64,000 nt of DNA from Octopus sinensis (GCF_006345805.1 NC_043015.1:5828001-5892000), one strand, 5' to 3'. Counted from the stretch's first letter, positions 1 through 12,335 are shown. Notes: generated by a model not told the origin, from the letters alone. Numbers and translations: made by a program.

Positions 1-490
1 TCCAAAACAGCTTTCTCATATCTGATCCTTCAAGCACACGTCGATATATATATCTGTTCACGAACATAATTACCAAGCAGTCATTACAAGACGACATGTG
101 AGCTATCAGTTCTAGAATACTTATAAACTAAATCCAGTCAAAATAAATTACAACGAGCGGCAAGATACAAGGAAGATAAGGATTCTGAAAATACTTTACA
201 TTCACTGCTTATAGTTCGCTAATTCTGATTCTATTTCGATTGATTTAGTTTCATCAAATTTAGATGAGGACAGCGGACCAGTCGCATTTCGTTACGTCAA
301 AATATACAAGATAACTATTTTTTATAACTAAATTTGAACATCCCACCACACATACATATACAAACACACACATGTATACACATAAGGAAGCTTATATATA
401 TAAATGTATATATATATATATACATATTACATACACACACACAAACACATATATATTATATATATATACACATGTATGTATGTATATGTG

Positions 491-835
491 TGTGCGTAGT
501 AAGTAGCTTGCTTCCCAACCTCATGCTTCTGGTTTCAGTCCTTGTGCGTGACACCTTGGCCAAGTGTCTTCTAATATAGCCTTGGACCGACTAAAGCCAT
601 TGTACATATATGTATATATGCATTTGTGTGCCTCTGTTTGTACCACAGCATCGCTTTACACCCGATGTCGATGTGTTTACGGCCTCCGTAACTTAGCGGT
701 TCAGCAAAACAGACCGATAGAATAGGTACTAGGCTTACAAAGAATAATTCCTCGGGTCGATTTGTTCGACTAAAGGCGGTGCCCCAGCATGGCCTTAGTC
801 GAAATAACTGAAACAAGTTAAAGAATAAAAGAATA
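491..835 (+). mobile_element. tRNA-derived SINE, family A (diverged copy)
   Basis: Head aagtagcttgcttcccaacc...caccttggccaagtgtcttcta, central TA/TG tract, body gtaacttagcggttc...gtcgatttgttcgactaaaggcggtg, tail tgaaacaagttaaagaataaaaga. Homologous to about 10 other copies in the window. Confidence 0.85.
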
Positions 836-2759
836 TATACACATATTATATATATTATATATTATATATATATTCATAGATAGATAAAAACTATACACTA
901 TATAAATGAGAATATATGCGTGTATATATGTGTGTATATCGCACAAAGGATTTGAAACGGTGCTTTCGCTAGAAAAACGGATTTGGTTTCCGAAATATGT
1001 GTCTCAACGAGAATGTTTACGATTATTAATAATAAGAAATTACTTGCTACGAGAAATATCTCAACTTTCAGATCACCAAATCTACCTCTGTCTGATTCTC
1101 TTTCTCTCTCTTACGATTTCACTCCCTCTCTCTGTGTATATACCGCACTCACTCTCACTCTTTGACTATTTAGGCATATGTCTCGCGCACGCTCCTCTCC
1201 ACCCCTTTTGATAATGACATGTAATGATTTACTTACATTTTATTGAAAACTTCGTCGTTTTAATTTTCTTGCTTTCATTTTGTGATAGACATCTATCACG
1301 CAGAAAATGCTACCTTCTAAATCCTGTTTTAGCATTGGGTAAAAATTATTAAACTTTCAACTTCTGTTACATTTTTTGAAAATTTTCTGGAATCACAAAA
1401 TCGAGTTCAGCTTGAAAACTTATATCAAGATATGAAGTTTGAAAATTCTCACTGAATTTCAAAATTTCAACATCCATGACACCAAAAGAGAAGATCCCCT
1501 CTCTCTATCTGTCAATCTGTCTTTGTTTTTTTACACTTTACTCATTGTAAACTTCTCCCTCTTCATATATTTACACACACTCCCTCTTTCTTAGTAAATG
1601 CACACTGATCATACTGAATGTTTGTGTGTCAGTTTATGTGAATGCATGTGTGTAAAGTATTTCATATGTGGTGACATTGTTGAAAGACATTCACAAAGCA
1701 TGAGCGGTGAGCTCATGAGACACCCGGTACATAAGATGAATCAGTTAGATGCTGTGCACAAGAGCCTCGTTCGTACAGACTTGGGAGTCACGTTGAATTC
1801 AATTCAATATATATATACAAGCAAAAGACGGTGATGAGTTGTCAAACTTAGCGGTTCTCAAAACAACTTGTTCAACCGTCCCATAGGCCTCCCCTTTGAG
1901 AAACAGTGATTTAACCTAAATTTGAGACACCAGCAACAGAAGAAATAAAGATAGACATTATCTATTCCAAGAAAAACAATTTTACAAATGCACGTTCCCA
2001 CAGCTTTATCGATCGCATTCTCACCTGGAAACTCCCTCTCTTGTTCTTCACCCTTTCTGGCTTTCTCTCCCACCCTTCCCTATTATTCTCCTCTTCCTTT
2101 CACCGTTCTCTCTCTCTTACTCCTCCTCCTCCTACCTCTCGTCACTGACACGTGACCAGAGGGAAGCCATCTTTCCGACTGCTATCTTCAACGAGTCATA
2201 ACGAGTCATAAGCTGTCTCCTCAATGCGTTCAAAATAATTTTCCCATCGTCTTGGCTTAATAGCCGTCATTTTTTGTTTTTACTGTGTTATTCTCCTTGT
2301 CCTGTCTTTTACTGTTTTTTGTTTCGTGCATTGCTTCTACTGTCTTGTTTTGTTTTTATTGTCTTGTTCTTGTTACTAATTTTACTCCTCCGCAAAAAAT
2401 CCCAAATTTTATTTAATTTGCTTTGTGGGAAGGACTGTTTCAACAAAGCCGTGTCTTGTCCTTAACCTCGAACGCGGAGTAGACGAAACAGAGACAACTG
2501 AAGAAGGGGACTATTCCTTGTGTTGTATGTCTTGTTTCTCTGTTTTTCGTTGTTTGAAAATAAGTTCGTTTCCATGGTTTTGTTTTTATGTTTTCGTTTC
2601 TCATTGTGTTTAACGTTTTTTTGGTGTCCTGTACCCATATGTGCATGTATATATACATATAGATGTAGGTATGTACATATATGTATGTATATATGCATAT
2701 GTTTATATATTATTTATGTTATTATATGATCGAACGCCACGCATCCATTTCCAAGTTAG

Positions 2760-2836
<77 letters not shown>

Positions 2837-2838
<2 letters not shown>

Positions 2839-3126
2839 ATGCGCAATGTCCCAGTGGCTAGGGCAGCGGACTCGCGGTTTCGGTTCCAGACCGGGCGTTG
2901 TGTTTATTGAGTGAAAACATCTAAAGCTCCACGAGACTCCAACAAGGGGTGGTGGCGATCCCTGCTGTACTCTTTCGCCACAACTTTCTCTCACTCTTTC
3001 TTCTGTTGGCCTGCTCGCTTAGCCAGCGGGGTGGCGTCCTTTTAAGGCTAAAACAATGCGTAGCGCATTGTGACCAGCGATGTGTAACAGCATCTGATAG
3101 CCTGGTCTGTCACGTGATCACGTGAT
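2837..3126 (+). mobile_element. tRNA-derived SINE, family D (partial deletion in the head)
   Basis: Colinear with 60747-61046. A-box-like tgtcccagtgg; 3' end gtcacgtgatcacgtgat. Confidence 0.85.
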
Positions 3127-3443
3127 ATATAATTATATATATATATATACTTTACCGGTATCACTCTTTAGAAAAAGATTGTCAAAATTAACACGTAAAA
3201 GTTTGGTTGTGTTAATTATTGGTTGTCACAAAATGCTACAATACATATATACAGTCTTTGGTACCAAGATCATGTTAAGGACATAAAAAAGTTGAACAAA
3301 TTCATTAAAATATTGGGCACAAAAGATTACAACATAAATTTACATTCTCTTGTTACTTTTGACTATCTTTTTCTAAAGATTGAAACCGGTAAATTAAATA
3401 AACATCTTTTAAAATTGCATTTTCAAACCTTCTTTCGTGTGTG

Positions 3444-3521
<78 letters not shown>

Positions 3522-3540
3522 TGGGGGTTGTGTGTATGTG

Positions 3541-3751
3541 TGTGTGTGTCTGTGTTTGAGCTTGCCCCCGTCACAGCTATACAACAGGTGTTGTTCCCAT
3601 AATTTAACGGTCCAACAAAAAATGAGCAATAGAAAAAAATCCTGGCTTCAAGAAATAAGGGTAAGTACAGGGTGGATTCGTTCGATTAAAATCGTTCAAA
3701 GAATGCCCCAGGATAGCTGCAGTACATTGAGAACTGTAAATGATAAAAGAT
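3541..3751 (+). mobile_element. Degenerate 3' half of a family A-type SINE
   Basis: gtgtctgtgtttg...ggattcgttcgattaaaa...aaatgataaaaga resembles the family A 3' body and tail. Confidence 0.5.
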
Positions 3752-3798
3752 ATATATACACACATGTAGGCAGGTAGACAGATAGATAGATATATAGT

Positions 3799-3847
<49 letters not shown>

Positions 3848-4847
3848 GGATAGATAGATAGATGGATAGATAGACAGATAGATAGATAGATAGTCTTTTC
3901 AAACCTCACAGGTTCAATATCTAATATATTGATTTCATTTTCCTCGGTATTAAAGATAAATACTGTAACTATGCAGTGTCATAGCAATCCTCTGTCTCTG
4001 TGTCTCGTTCTCTTTTCCTGTTTCTACTCTCTCCTCTCTCAATTTATCTATGTCTATCTCGTTTGTTACAAGATAGTTATCATTACTTTTTATATAACAG
4101 CCGCGAAATATATTTTTTCGGCATATTCATTTTATCGACTATATTTTTTCTCGCACCGGCATACAACGCATTCAAATTTTTTTTCTCACTTACCTCTGAG
4201 AATAAATTTTCATTACATACTTACTTTTATTAAGTTCACCTTTTTCTTTCTATTTTTATATAGTCATGTATTATTATTATTTTTCTTTTTTTGCCTCTCC
4301 TTCATTTAATCGTTCAGTTTTAAATTTCCCACGAGCAATCAATACCTATGCTTAATTTAAGCTAATTACTTCCTGACTGTTTAAGTAAACTTGTTAAGAA
4401 AACTCTTGTTTTCTATATTTTTCTGTGTTCCAATTTAATTTGCTACGATAACTTGAATTTCAATTTTTTTTTCATGTTTTATTTCTGTTCTTTTTTTTTT
4501 TTCGTTATTTCGATTTTTTTTTTGTATTTCAGATCATAGCCCCTACATTGGTTGTTCTGAAAATCCTCTTCAGATTTTTAATTAATTAAATATATGAACT
4601 TCTTGTTTTGTTTTTCTTAATTTTCTTCTTTTGGCAATTTAAAGAGAGGAGGCTCTGCTCTTTAATGTGTTTTGTTATGATTTCGAGAAAAATTAAATGG
4701 CTGTAGTTATCGTTTCACCCTTTGTGAGTGAGTGTGTGTGTCAGTGTGAGTGAGTGTATGTGTGAGTGTGTGTGTGTGTGTGTACGTAGATATATGAGTA
4801 TATATAAATGTGTGTGTGCGTGTATGTGTATACATATATATATACAC

Positions 4848-4879
<32 letters not shown>

Positions 4880-5057
4880 GGATAGATAGATAGATAGATA
4901 TATTGATAGATATATTTATATACATATTATATATGTGTATATATATATTATATATATGTATATATATGTATTCATATATATTTGCATATATATGCGGATG
5001 CACATTACGTATTTTCGCCTGCTTGTGTGTGCATATATAAAGACACATACACGCACG

Positions 5058-5127
<70 letters not shown>

Positions 5128-5508
5128 ATATATATATACTGATTTCCTGTTATGTTTCATTCAATCAGTATTTGTTTTTGTGTCTAACATCGATAAGTGA
5201 TAGGGATATATAATATGTATGGGGATTAAATGATCCAATTTGTTCAATGCCGGCTATTTTAATGGAAATACCAACGCTTTTTGTTCTATTCTGTTAATTA
5301 TATTGGTGTCATCAGGTGTCAGATAAATTGATTAAATATTTATGGTACACCGACATTCTAAACAGTGATTGTCCCTGAAATATTTCATGGAAATCTGTTT
5401 CAAAGTGCTTCATTATAAGGTTTCCTCTGCATACATACTGACACAAACTCTCTCTTTCTCTGTCTCTGTCTGATTATCTGTCTGTCTCTCTCTCTCTCTT
5501 CATACACC

Positions 5509-5554
<46 letters not shown>

Positions 5555-5558
5555 TCTC

Positions 5559-5614
<56 letters not shown>

Positions 5615-5617
<3 letters not shown>

Positions 5618-5712
5618 GAAATCGCACACACATAAAGACATATCAGTCTCTTGCTAACATAATTTCATCTAAGATACTTTTTTTTGTATTCATATATCAC
5701 CATTCTCGCTTT
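5615..5712 (+). repeat. 98-bp segment, copy 1 (identical to 8188-8285)
   Basis: cccgaaatcgcacacacataaagacatatc...caccattctcgcttt follows a (CT)n tract in both places, with no differences seen. Confidence 0.9.
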
Positions 5713-5969
5713 CTCACTCTCTCTCTCTCCTTCTCTCTCTCTCTCAATATACTGTATATAGACACACACATCTATAGTTTAATGAATAATGTATAGATAA
5801 TTTACTACATGCGGTTATATAGTACAATAATCACATGTACCAATACGCATTGATACACGCGTATATACATACCTACACGTATCTATGTATTCACGTATAT
5901 ATGTATGCATTTATGTATTTATCAATGTATGTATATATGCATGTATGTATATGTATGTGTGTGTTTACG

Positions 5970-6032
<63 letters not shown>

Positions 6033-6033
<1 letters not shown>

Positions 6034-6230
6034 AGCACTCCGTCGGTTACGACGACGAGGGTCCCAGCTGATAAGATCAACGGAACAGCTTGCTCGTGAA
6101 ATTAACGTGCAAGTGGTTGAGCACTCCACAGACACTTGTACCCTTAACGTATTTCCCAGAGACATTAAGTGTGACACAGTGTGACAAGTATGGCCCTTTG
6201 AGATAGAGGTACTGCTCATTTTTGCCAGTT
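6033..6230 (-). mobile_element. SINE family C, 3' portion
   Basis: Non-coding, GC-richer block (minus strand ...cacttgcacgttaatttcacgagc...cctcgtcgtcgtaaccgacggagtgc) abutting a (TA)n tract. Resembles an abundant octopus SINE from memory; single copy here. Confidence 0.6.
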
Positions 6231-6611
6231 GTATGTATTTTGGCGGCGCCATTAACTCAATTAATCAAATCATCTCTCAATATTATACCAGGTGAAATAC
6301 TAAAAATTTATTAGGTGCAAGTTTATTAAAATTTTCACACGAGTCCCGTAATATATTGTATGACGGTAGAATAGAACAACTGCTCACACCCGTAATATTA
6401 GATCAGTTCACCAGAGAATTAATTAGGAATATAATTTACTGGCATAAGCACTCCTTGGTCAACCGAATTGGAAACTTAATTCTGGTATTTCGAAATGTGC
6501 TAGGAGATAAAGGGAAAGGAACTAGAATAATTTTCATATCAAATTATTAATCGTTACTTTCGAATATGTTTAGCAGCTAGATCGGAATTTTTAGAAGAAT
6601 ACTTCTTGATG

Positions 6612-7183
6612 TTTTTTTCTGCTCTAGGCACAAGGCTCAAAATATTGGGGGAAGAGGCCAGTCGATTAGATCGATCCCAGTACGCAACTGGTGCATAATT
6701 TATCGACACCGAAAGGATGAAAGACAAAGTCGACCGTGGCAGAGTTTGAAATCTGAACGTAAAAACATACGAAATACCTATTTCATTACTACCCACAAGG
6801 GCCTAAACACAGAGAGGACAAACAAGGACAGAAAGACAGATTAAGTCGATTATATCGACCCCAGTGCGTAACTGGTGCATAATTTATCGATCCCGAAAGG
6901 ATGAAAAGCAAAGTCGGCCTCGGCGGAATTTGAACTCAGAACGTAGCGGCCGACGAAATACCTATTTCTTTACTACTCACAAGGGGCTAAACACAGAGAG
7001 GACAAACACACGGGTTAAGTCGATTATATCGACCCCAATGCGTAACTGGTACTTAATTTATCGACCCCGAAAGGATAAAAGGCAAAGTAAACCTCGGCGG
7101 AATTTGAACTCGGAACGTAACGGCAGACGAAATACGGCTACGCATTTCGCCCGGCGTACTAACGTGTCTGCCAGCTCGCCGCC
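6612..7183 (-). mobile_element. SINE family B, head plus three tandem body units
   Basis: Head ggcggcgagctggcagacacgttag at 7183. Units about 6962-7183, 6778-6961 and 6612-6777 each contain gttc(t/c)gagttcaaattccgcc...gcctttcatcctttcggggtcgataaat...ggggtcgatataatcgact. Confidence 0.9.
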
Positions 7184-7212
7184 TTTAATCGTTCTTAATA
7201 TTACAATAGAAA

Positions 7213-7434
7213 GAGGTGGCAAGAGGGACAAAATGCTTAGCACGCCGGAGAAAATGCGTAGCAGCATTCGGTCTGTCTTTACAGTCTGAGTTTAAATTCC
7301 GCCGACTTCGACTTTGCCTTTCACACTTTCGGGGTTGTAAAATATTACCAGTTGAGTACTTGGGGGTCAATTCATTCGACTACTCCCTTCCCTGAAATTT
7401 GCTGGCCTTGTGCCAAAACTTGAAACCAGTATTA
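7213..7434 (+). mobile_element. SINE family B (head-to-head with the 6612-7183 copy)
   Basis: aaatgcttagcacgccgg...aaattccgccgacttcgactttgcctttca...gctggccttgtgccaaaacttgaaacc. Confidence 0.85.
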
Positions 7435-7450
7435 CAGCTGAAAAAAACAC

Positions 7451-7645
7451 CGGTGATTTGGCAGAATCGTTAGTACGCCGGGCAAAATGCTTAAAAGCAT
7501 TTCGTCCGTCTTTATCTTCTGAAATCAAACCTCGCCGAAGGCGACTGTGCCTTTCATAGTTTTGTGGTCGATGAATAAAGTACCAATGGAGTACTAGAGA
7601 CCATGTAATAAACTTACCCTCCGCCTACGATTTTGTTGGCCTTTT
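7451..7645 (+). mobile_element. SINE family B, diverged
   Basis: ggcagaatcgttagtacgccgggcaaaatgctta...gactgtgcctttcat...ggtcgatgaataaagtacc. Confidence 0.75.
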
Positions 7646-8097
7646 GCTGGATCTTTTCCCTTTGAACGGCAGATCGAGAAATTTTCCTGTTTTGCAGCTA
7701 TTATCGGAAATACTTTTTTGCCCACATCCCCATATAATTTCTTCATTTTTAACAGCCTTTTGTCCGTCTTTATCTTTTGAAATCAAACCCTACCGATAGC
7801 TGTTGTTGACAAACAACGGCAGTAATTTTATTCAGCTGAATACACATCTTGATTGGTTGAAATTACCGAAATACGACTACTTTAACACGAAATAAATATA
7901 AACTTTTCTGAACAATACTAAGAGTAAAAAATGTTTCATATGACACATTCTACCAGTGTCTGCAGTTTGAAAGTGTTTAGCTACAAAAAAGCAATTTTTC
8001 TATCTGCCGTTCATAGGGTAAAGAACCCTTTTGCGGAAAACATGCTTATAAGAATTTCGAACGTTTTTACGTTCTGACTTCATATTCCTCGGAGGCA

Positions 8098-8187
<90 letters not shown>

Positions 8188-8190
<3 letters not shown>

Positions 8191-8285
8191 GAAATCGCAC
8201 ACACATAAAGACATATCAGTCTCTTGCTAACATAATTTCATCTAAGATACTTTTTTTTGTATTCATATATCACCATTCTCGCTTT
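8188..8285 (+). repeat. 98-bp segment, copy 2 (identical to 5615-5712)
   Basis: Direct base-by-base comparison. Confidence 0.9.
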
Positions 8286-8340
8286 ACCACAAAGTTTAAG
8301 GCCTCGTGCTTATAGCAGAGATGAATATTACAGCAGAGAA

Positions 8341-8714
8341 GAGGCGGCGAGCTGGTAGCATGATTAACGATATTTCGTTCGTCTTCATGTTTTGAGATCG
8401 ACTTTGCCTTTCATAATTTCGAGGCCGATTAATATAAGTACGATTTCAGCACTAAGTTCGATGTAAGAAACATGACTCCGCCAACCCTCGCGAATTGGCT
8501 GGCCTCGTGCTAAAGTTTGAAACCAATAAAACAGCAGAGGAAAACTGCAAGCTGTCAGAACCGTCACAGCGACGGGCAAAATGCTTAGCGGCATTTCGTC
8601 CGAGTTTACGTTCCGCTGGCGTCTACTTTGCCTTTGATCATTCGGGGCCTATGAAATAAGTAGTAGCTGAGTGCTGGGGTTGATGTAATCGACTTATAGC
8701 CTCTCCTAAAATTG
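8341..8714 (+). mobile_element. Two adjacent diverged SINE family B copies (about 8341-8528 and 8545-8714)
   Basis: ggcggcgagctggtag...tcgactttgcctttcat; gggcaaaatgcttagcggcatttcgtcc...ctggggttgatgtaatcgactt. Confidence 0.7.
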
Positions 8715-9915
8715 ACAACAGAGAGACATTTTCAACGCACATAACGACATTCATTGCAAATGATTACGTAAACTGAACATTCTGCCCTAATATTCATAAA
8801 CTGACCCCGCCCTAGTCTTTCATAGTCTCTAATATCATCTCTTGTGTTTTGCAAATCTGTGTCGCGTTGCAAGTTTCTTGAATACCTTATCTGAATTTGT
8901 GAATAAGAATTGAAATTATATACGACAATAAAATCAGCTATGATCTGATGGATCTTTTGTTATAATTAGTGAAATTACTTGCTCAAGTATTCAGTGCGCC
9001 TGTATTTTGGAATAATGTTCATAGGTGTGTAAGAATCTCAGACGAAAATGAGTGGAGCTCGCACAATTTTCTACTGTATAAATATTACTTTCAGGTTATC
9101 AAACCATTTGAGATTATTGAGGCCTCAATTTTAAACCTCCTCCCCCAAAATCTACTATGAAGATAAATGATATTATACAGTCGCAGAATAGGCTGGTTAA
9201 AAGTACAGAATTTAAGACGATGCAGATAACTGATAAGTAAAAACACTGAAAGAAATGAAGTGATACGTTCAGTAGTCTGGTCGAGAACAGAGAGAAAAAA
9301 GAAAGTAAGAACGGAAAGAAAATATTAAATGGAAGGAGACAGGAAAAAGTGTCATCGTCGCGACTAAATGAAATCATACAGATCAAATGAAGATTGGAAG
9401 TTATAAGCCGATGATGCAGAAATCCAACAGTAACTGCATCTCGCTAATCTATTTTATGAGACACATGGAATATCCTTAATGTCCCATGACTGTTTTGTAT
9501 AGACGGTAGTATTAAAATAGATTATACACATATATAGACAGTAGAATTAATCTAGATTATATATATTTTCCATTATTAGGAAAAAATTGTTTGTATACGC
9601 ATCCTGAAATCGTAATGTTCTCATGCTCGTATTTGAAATCTGTCATTTAGAAGCACATACTCGTACACACACTAACGCACACACATGCACACACAAACGC
9701 ACACAAGCCTACAGACTCATACAATATACTGACAGACACAGAAAGCTGCACACAAGTTTGTAGGCACACAAGCATATCTGAACATCATTGCAATATAGAT
9801 ATATCTATGTGTACACACTAAGACACACAAACACACACACATTCATGCACATGCATATATATGGCTCTGTAGATATATGTGCATGCATACGTATTTATAT
9901 ATACATATACACAAA

Positions 9916-9947
<32 letters not shown>

Positions 9948-10271
9948 CTCACACACAGAGGCACATACGTGTATATATATATTTACATTTATACATAATA
10001 GTTATCGCCAAGCTAGCATGACAGTCCAGAAAATACCCCGAAACTAGTCTGTGGTTGTTGAACCAGGAAGGGCAATTTGCTGACGTTCCCTATTCGAAGG
10101 TTGTAAGAGATACAGTTTCGTGTGTCACATAACTAGCTAGAGGCGATGGACTCTTGGAGGTAATCAACGGCAGCATTCGTCCTATTTTTTCTGAACTGCC
10201 ATGTTAGCTTGTTGATAACTATTAATACCCAGTACTGTAGACATAGTCTCCTTTAGAAAGATATTAGAAAA

Positions 10272-10323
<52 letters not shown>

Positions 10324-10568
10324 AACACACACATACACTCAGACTCGAATAAAATGCTAATACATTTATACGTACATATATATCTATAACTTTTTCTATA
10401 TGTATGTATGTATTTATCTGTCTATTTATCTATCACCATCTCCTTCTCTCTCTTTCTCTCTTACTCACTCCCTCTATCTCTCTCTACATATATTTTAGCA
10501 AAACAAAGGGAAACATTATTTACATTATTTACATTTGACTGATATTTTTCCTCATCTTTTATGTTGTT

Positions 10569-10615
10569 AACACAACGTTTCAACTGATATACCCTCAAGG
10601 TTTTCATCAGGTGTC
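10569..10615 (-). ncRNA. Minimal type I hammerhead motif (core intact, stem II degenerate)
   Basis: GACAC-CTGATGA-aaaccttgagggtatatcagtt-GAAAC-GTT-GTGTT. Stem I GACAC/GTGTT; self-complementary ACGT stem III. Confidence 0.6.
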
Positions 10616-10778
10616 TTGTGGAAATTTCGAACCCGGGTTCTCATTCCTATGGTGTGTTTCGATGTTGTTGTTGTTATTATTATTATTATTATTATTTATT
10701 ATTATTATTATTATTATTATATTATTTATTATATTATTATTATATTATTAAGTATTATTTTATTAATATTATTATTAA

Positions 10779-10839
10779 GAATCGAACAGGGAATCTTGGG
10801 GTAGGTAGTCCGCACTCTTAACCACTACGTCATATGCCC
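10779..10839 (-). promoter_or_regulatory. tRNA-like internal Pol III promoter (A box TGACGTAGTGG, B box GTTCGATTC)
   Basis: Minus strand reads GGGCATATGACGTAGTGGTTAAGAGTGCGGACTACCTACCCCAAGATTCCCTGTTCGATTC. Confidence 0.7.
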
Positions 10840-10861
10840 AAGGGAATATGGCTAATAATAA

Positions 10862-10892
<31 letters not shown>

Positions 10893-10958
10893 AACCACAA
10901 CAGCAACAACATCGGAAAATACCTTAGGAATGAGGACCCGGTTTCGAAATTTCCACAA

Positions 10959-11004
10959 GACACTTGATGAATGCTGGAGGTTATCTCAGCTGAAACGTTG
11001 TGTT
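10959..11004 (+). ncRNA. Minimal type I hammerhead motif, C3 changed to U
   Basis: GACAC-TTGATGA-atGCTG-gaggttatct-CAGCt-GAAAC-GTT-GTGTT. Confidence 0.55.
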
Positions 11005-11243
11005 AACAACAAACAAAATGAGGACAAATATCCGTCAAATGTAAATAATGTAAATAATGTACATAATTCCCCATCTCTTAAATATAGAACTGAAAGGGAA
11101 AAATATCCAATATAATTTGAATTAGAACTGAGCCTATCAGTTATCTAAATAGAGCAGAAGTATATATATATATATAATATATTACATATATATTATAATA
11201 TATATAATATATATATATATATAGATATAATATACATACATAC

Positions 11244-11309
<66 letters not shown>

Positions 11310-11979
11310 CATATATATAGGTATATACATACATATATATATATATATATATTATAACATGTTATTGCATAATTTCATACATAGTTAATTAAAAGTTTTA
11401 AAAGTAATGACTTAGCCGTTTCTCCGGATGGTGGAACTGAAAATTGGTAAACATGCTATACCTTCAGATCTAAACTTAGTCCAAAGTATATATATTCCAG
11501 TATAGGTAGATTAAGTTACATTTTGCTATTTCTGTTTCCTCCTGAAGAAATGGGTGGCTCATCATGTTTAATTTGCTGAACTATGGTTCGTAAATTCGTA
11601 ATCATACACTGATCATAGTTTCACTCAATAGAAAGAGCCGTTGAGAAGAATTTATAAATTCTATGTGAAATTTATGTTTTCTACATCGTATGCAAAAAAT
11701 TTTAATCTCAGTTACCTTTTTGTGAGATTCTGTATATTTATGCCAGCTCATTCCACCAGGATTTACAGCATTGTAATGATGCATTGAGGTTTAATGATGT
11801 GTTATTTAGTGACATCTTAAATACTGAGGGATTATTTTATGAAGCTTATGCAACCATTCCTTCTCTCTCTCTCTCATATATATCTGTCTGTCTGTCTATC
11901 TATCTACCTACTTATCTTTCTGTCTATCTATCTATCTATCTATCTATCAATCTATATATCACTTAATATACCTAACACC

Positions 11980-12015
<36 letters not shown>

Positions 12016-12163
12016 GTAAAAGCAATTAAGATTCAAGTGAGTTCTGTTGAATTCACATGAATGCGGTACTTAACTTAGATGCACCAGAAATCTATATGCT
12101 GTTAACCATAAGATAATGCGGGGTGATTATAAATAACAAAAAAGCAACAAAAATGGACCAATA

Positions 12164-12252
12164 TTTCGGTACAATAGTTTCGTACGAAGATAGCTTTATT
12201 AAGGCTGCAAATATTGCAGTAAATATAAGTGACCCGTACTCATCAGCCGAAA
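12164..12252 (-). ncRNA. Type I hammerhead motif, intact core, enlarged loop II
   Basis: TTTCGG-CTGATGA-GTACG(gg...tt)CGTAC-GAAAC-TATT-GTA-CCGAAA. Stem I 6 bp, stem II 5 bp plus 2 G.U pairs, GUA triplet, predicted cleavage after 12170. Confidence 0.75.
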
Positions 12253-12335
12253 AAACATCTGAGTTCTCCAAACTATCCCTGATGTTTCAGGAGTGTAACA
12301 TCACCCCCTTAGATTTTTGGAGAACTCAGATGTTT

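Larger units (their letters stand above)
10514..11092. mobile_element. Palindromic hammerhead-bearing retroelement (Penelope-like arms, central tRNA-like head), 9-bp TSD aaagggaaa
   Basis: The left arm (10514-about 10680) is the reverse complement of the right arm (about 10895-11060). (TAT)n and (ATA)n spacers flank a tRNA-like head at 10779-10839 (minus). aaagggaaa occurs at 10505-10513 and 11093-11101. Confidence 0.8.

Noticed and set aside
4500-4580. Strong plus-strand polypyrimidine tract and AG acceptor
   Set aside because: No open frame or matching donor follows.
6612-7183. Regularly spaced repeats superficially like a CRISPR array
   Set aside because: The units are about 180-bp SINE bodies with no unique spacers, in a eukaryotic context with no cas genes.
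6864-7289. 141-aa ORF with an internal repeat; similar ORFs at 7058, 7185 and 52639
   Set aside because: Chance open frames across SINE B units.
10006-10054. GAAAC-TA-GTC with a palindromic stem III
   Set aside because: The upstream CUGANGA is corrupted (ctagcatga) and there is no stem II; at best an unrecognisable relic.
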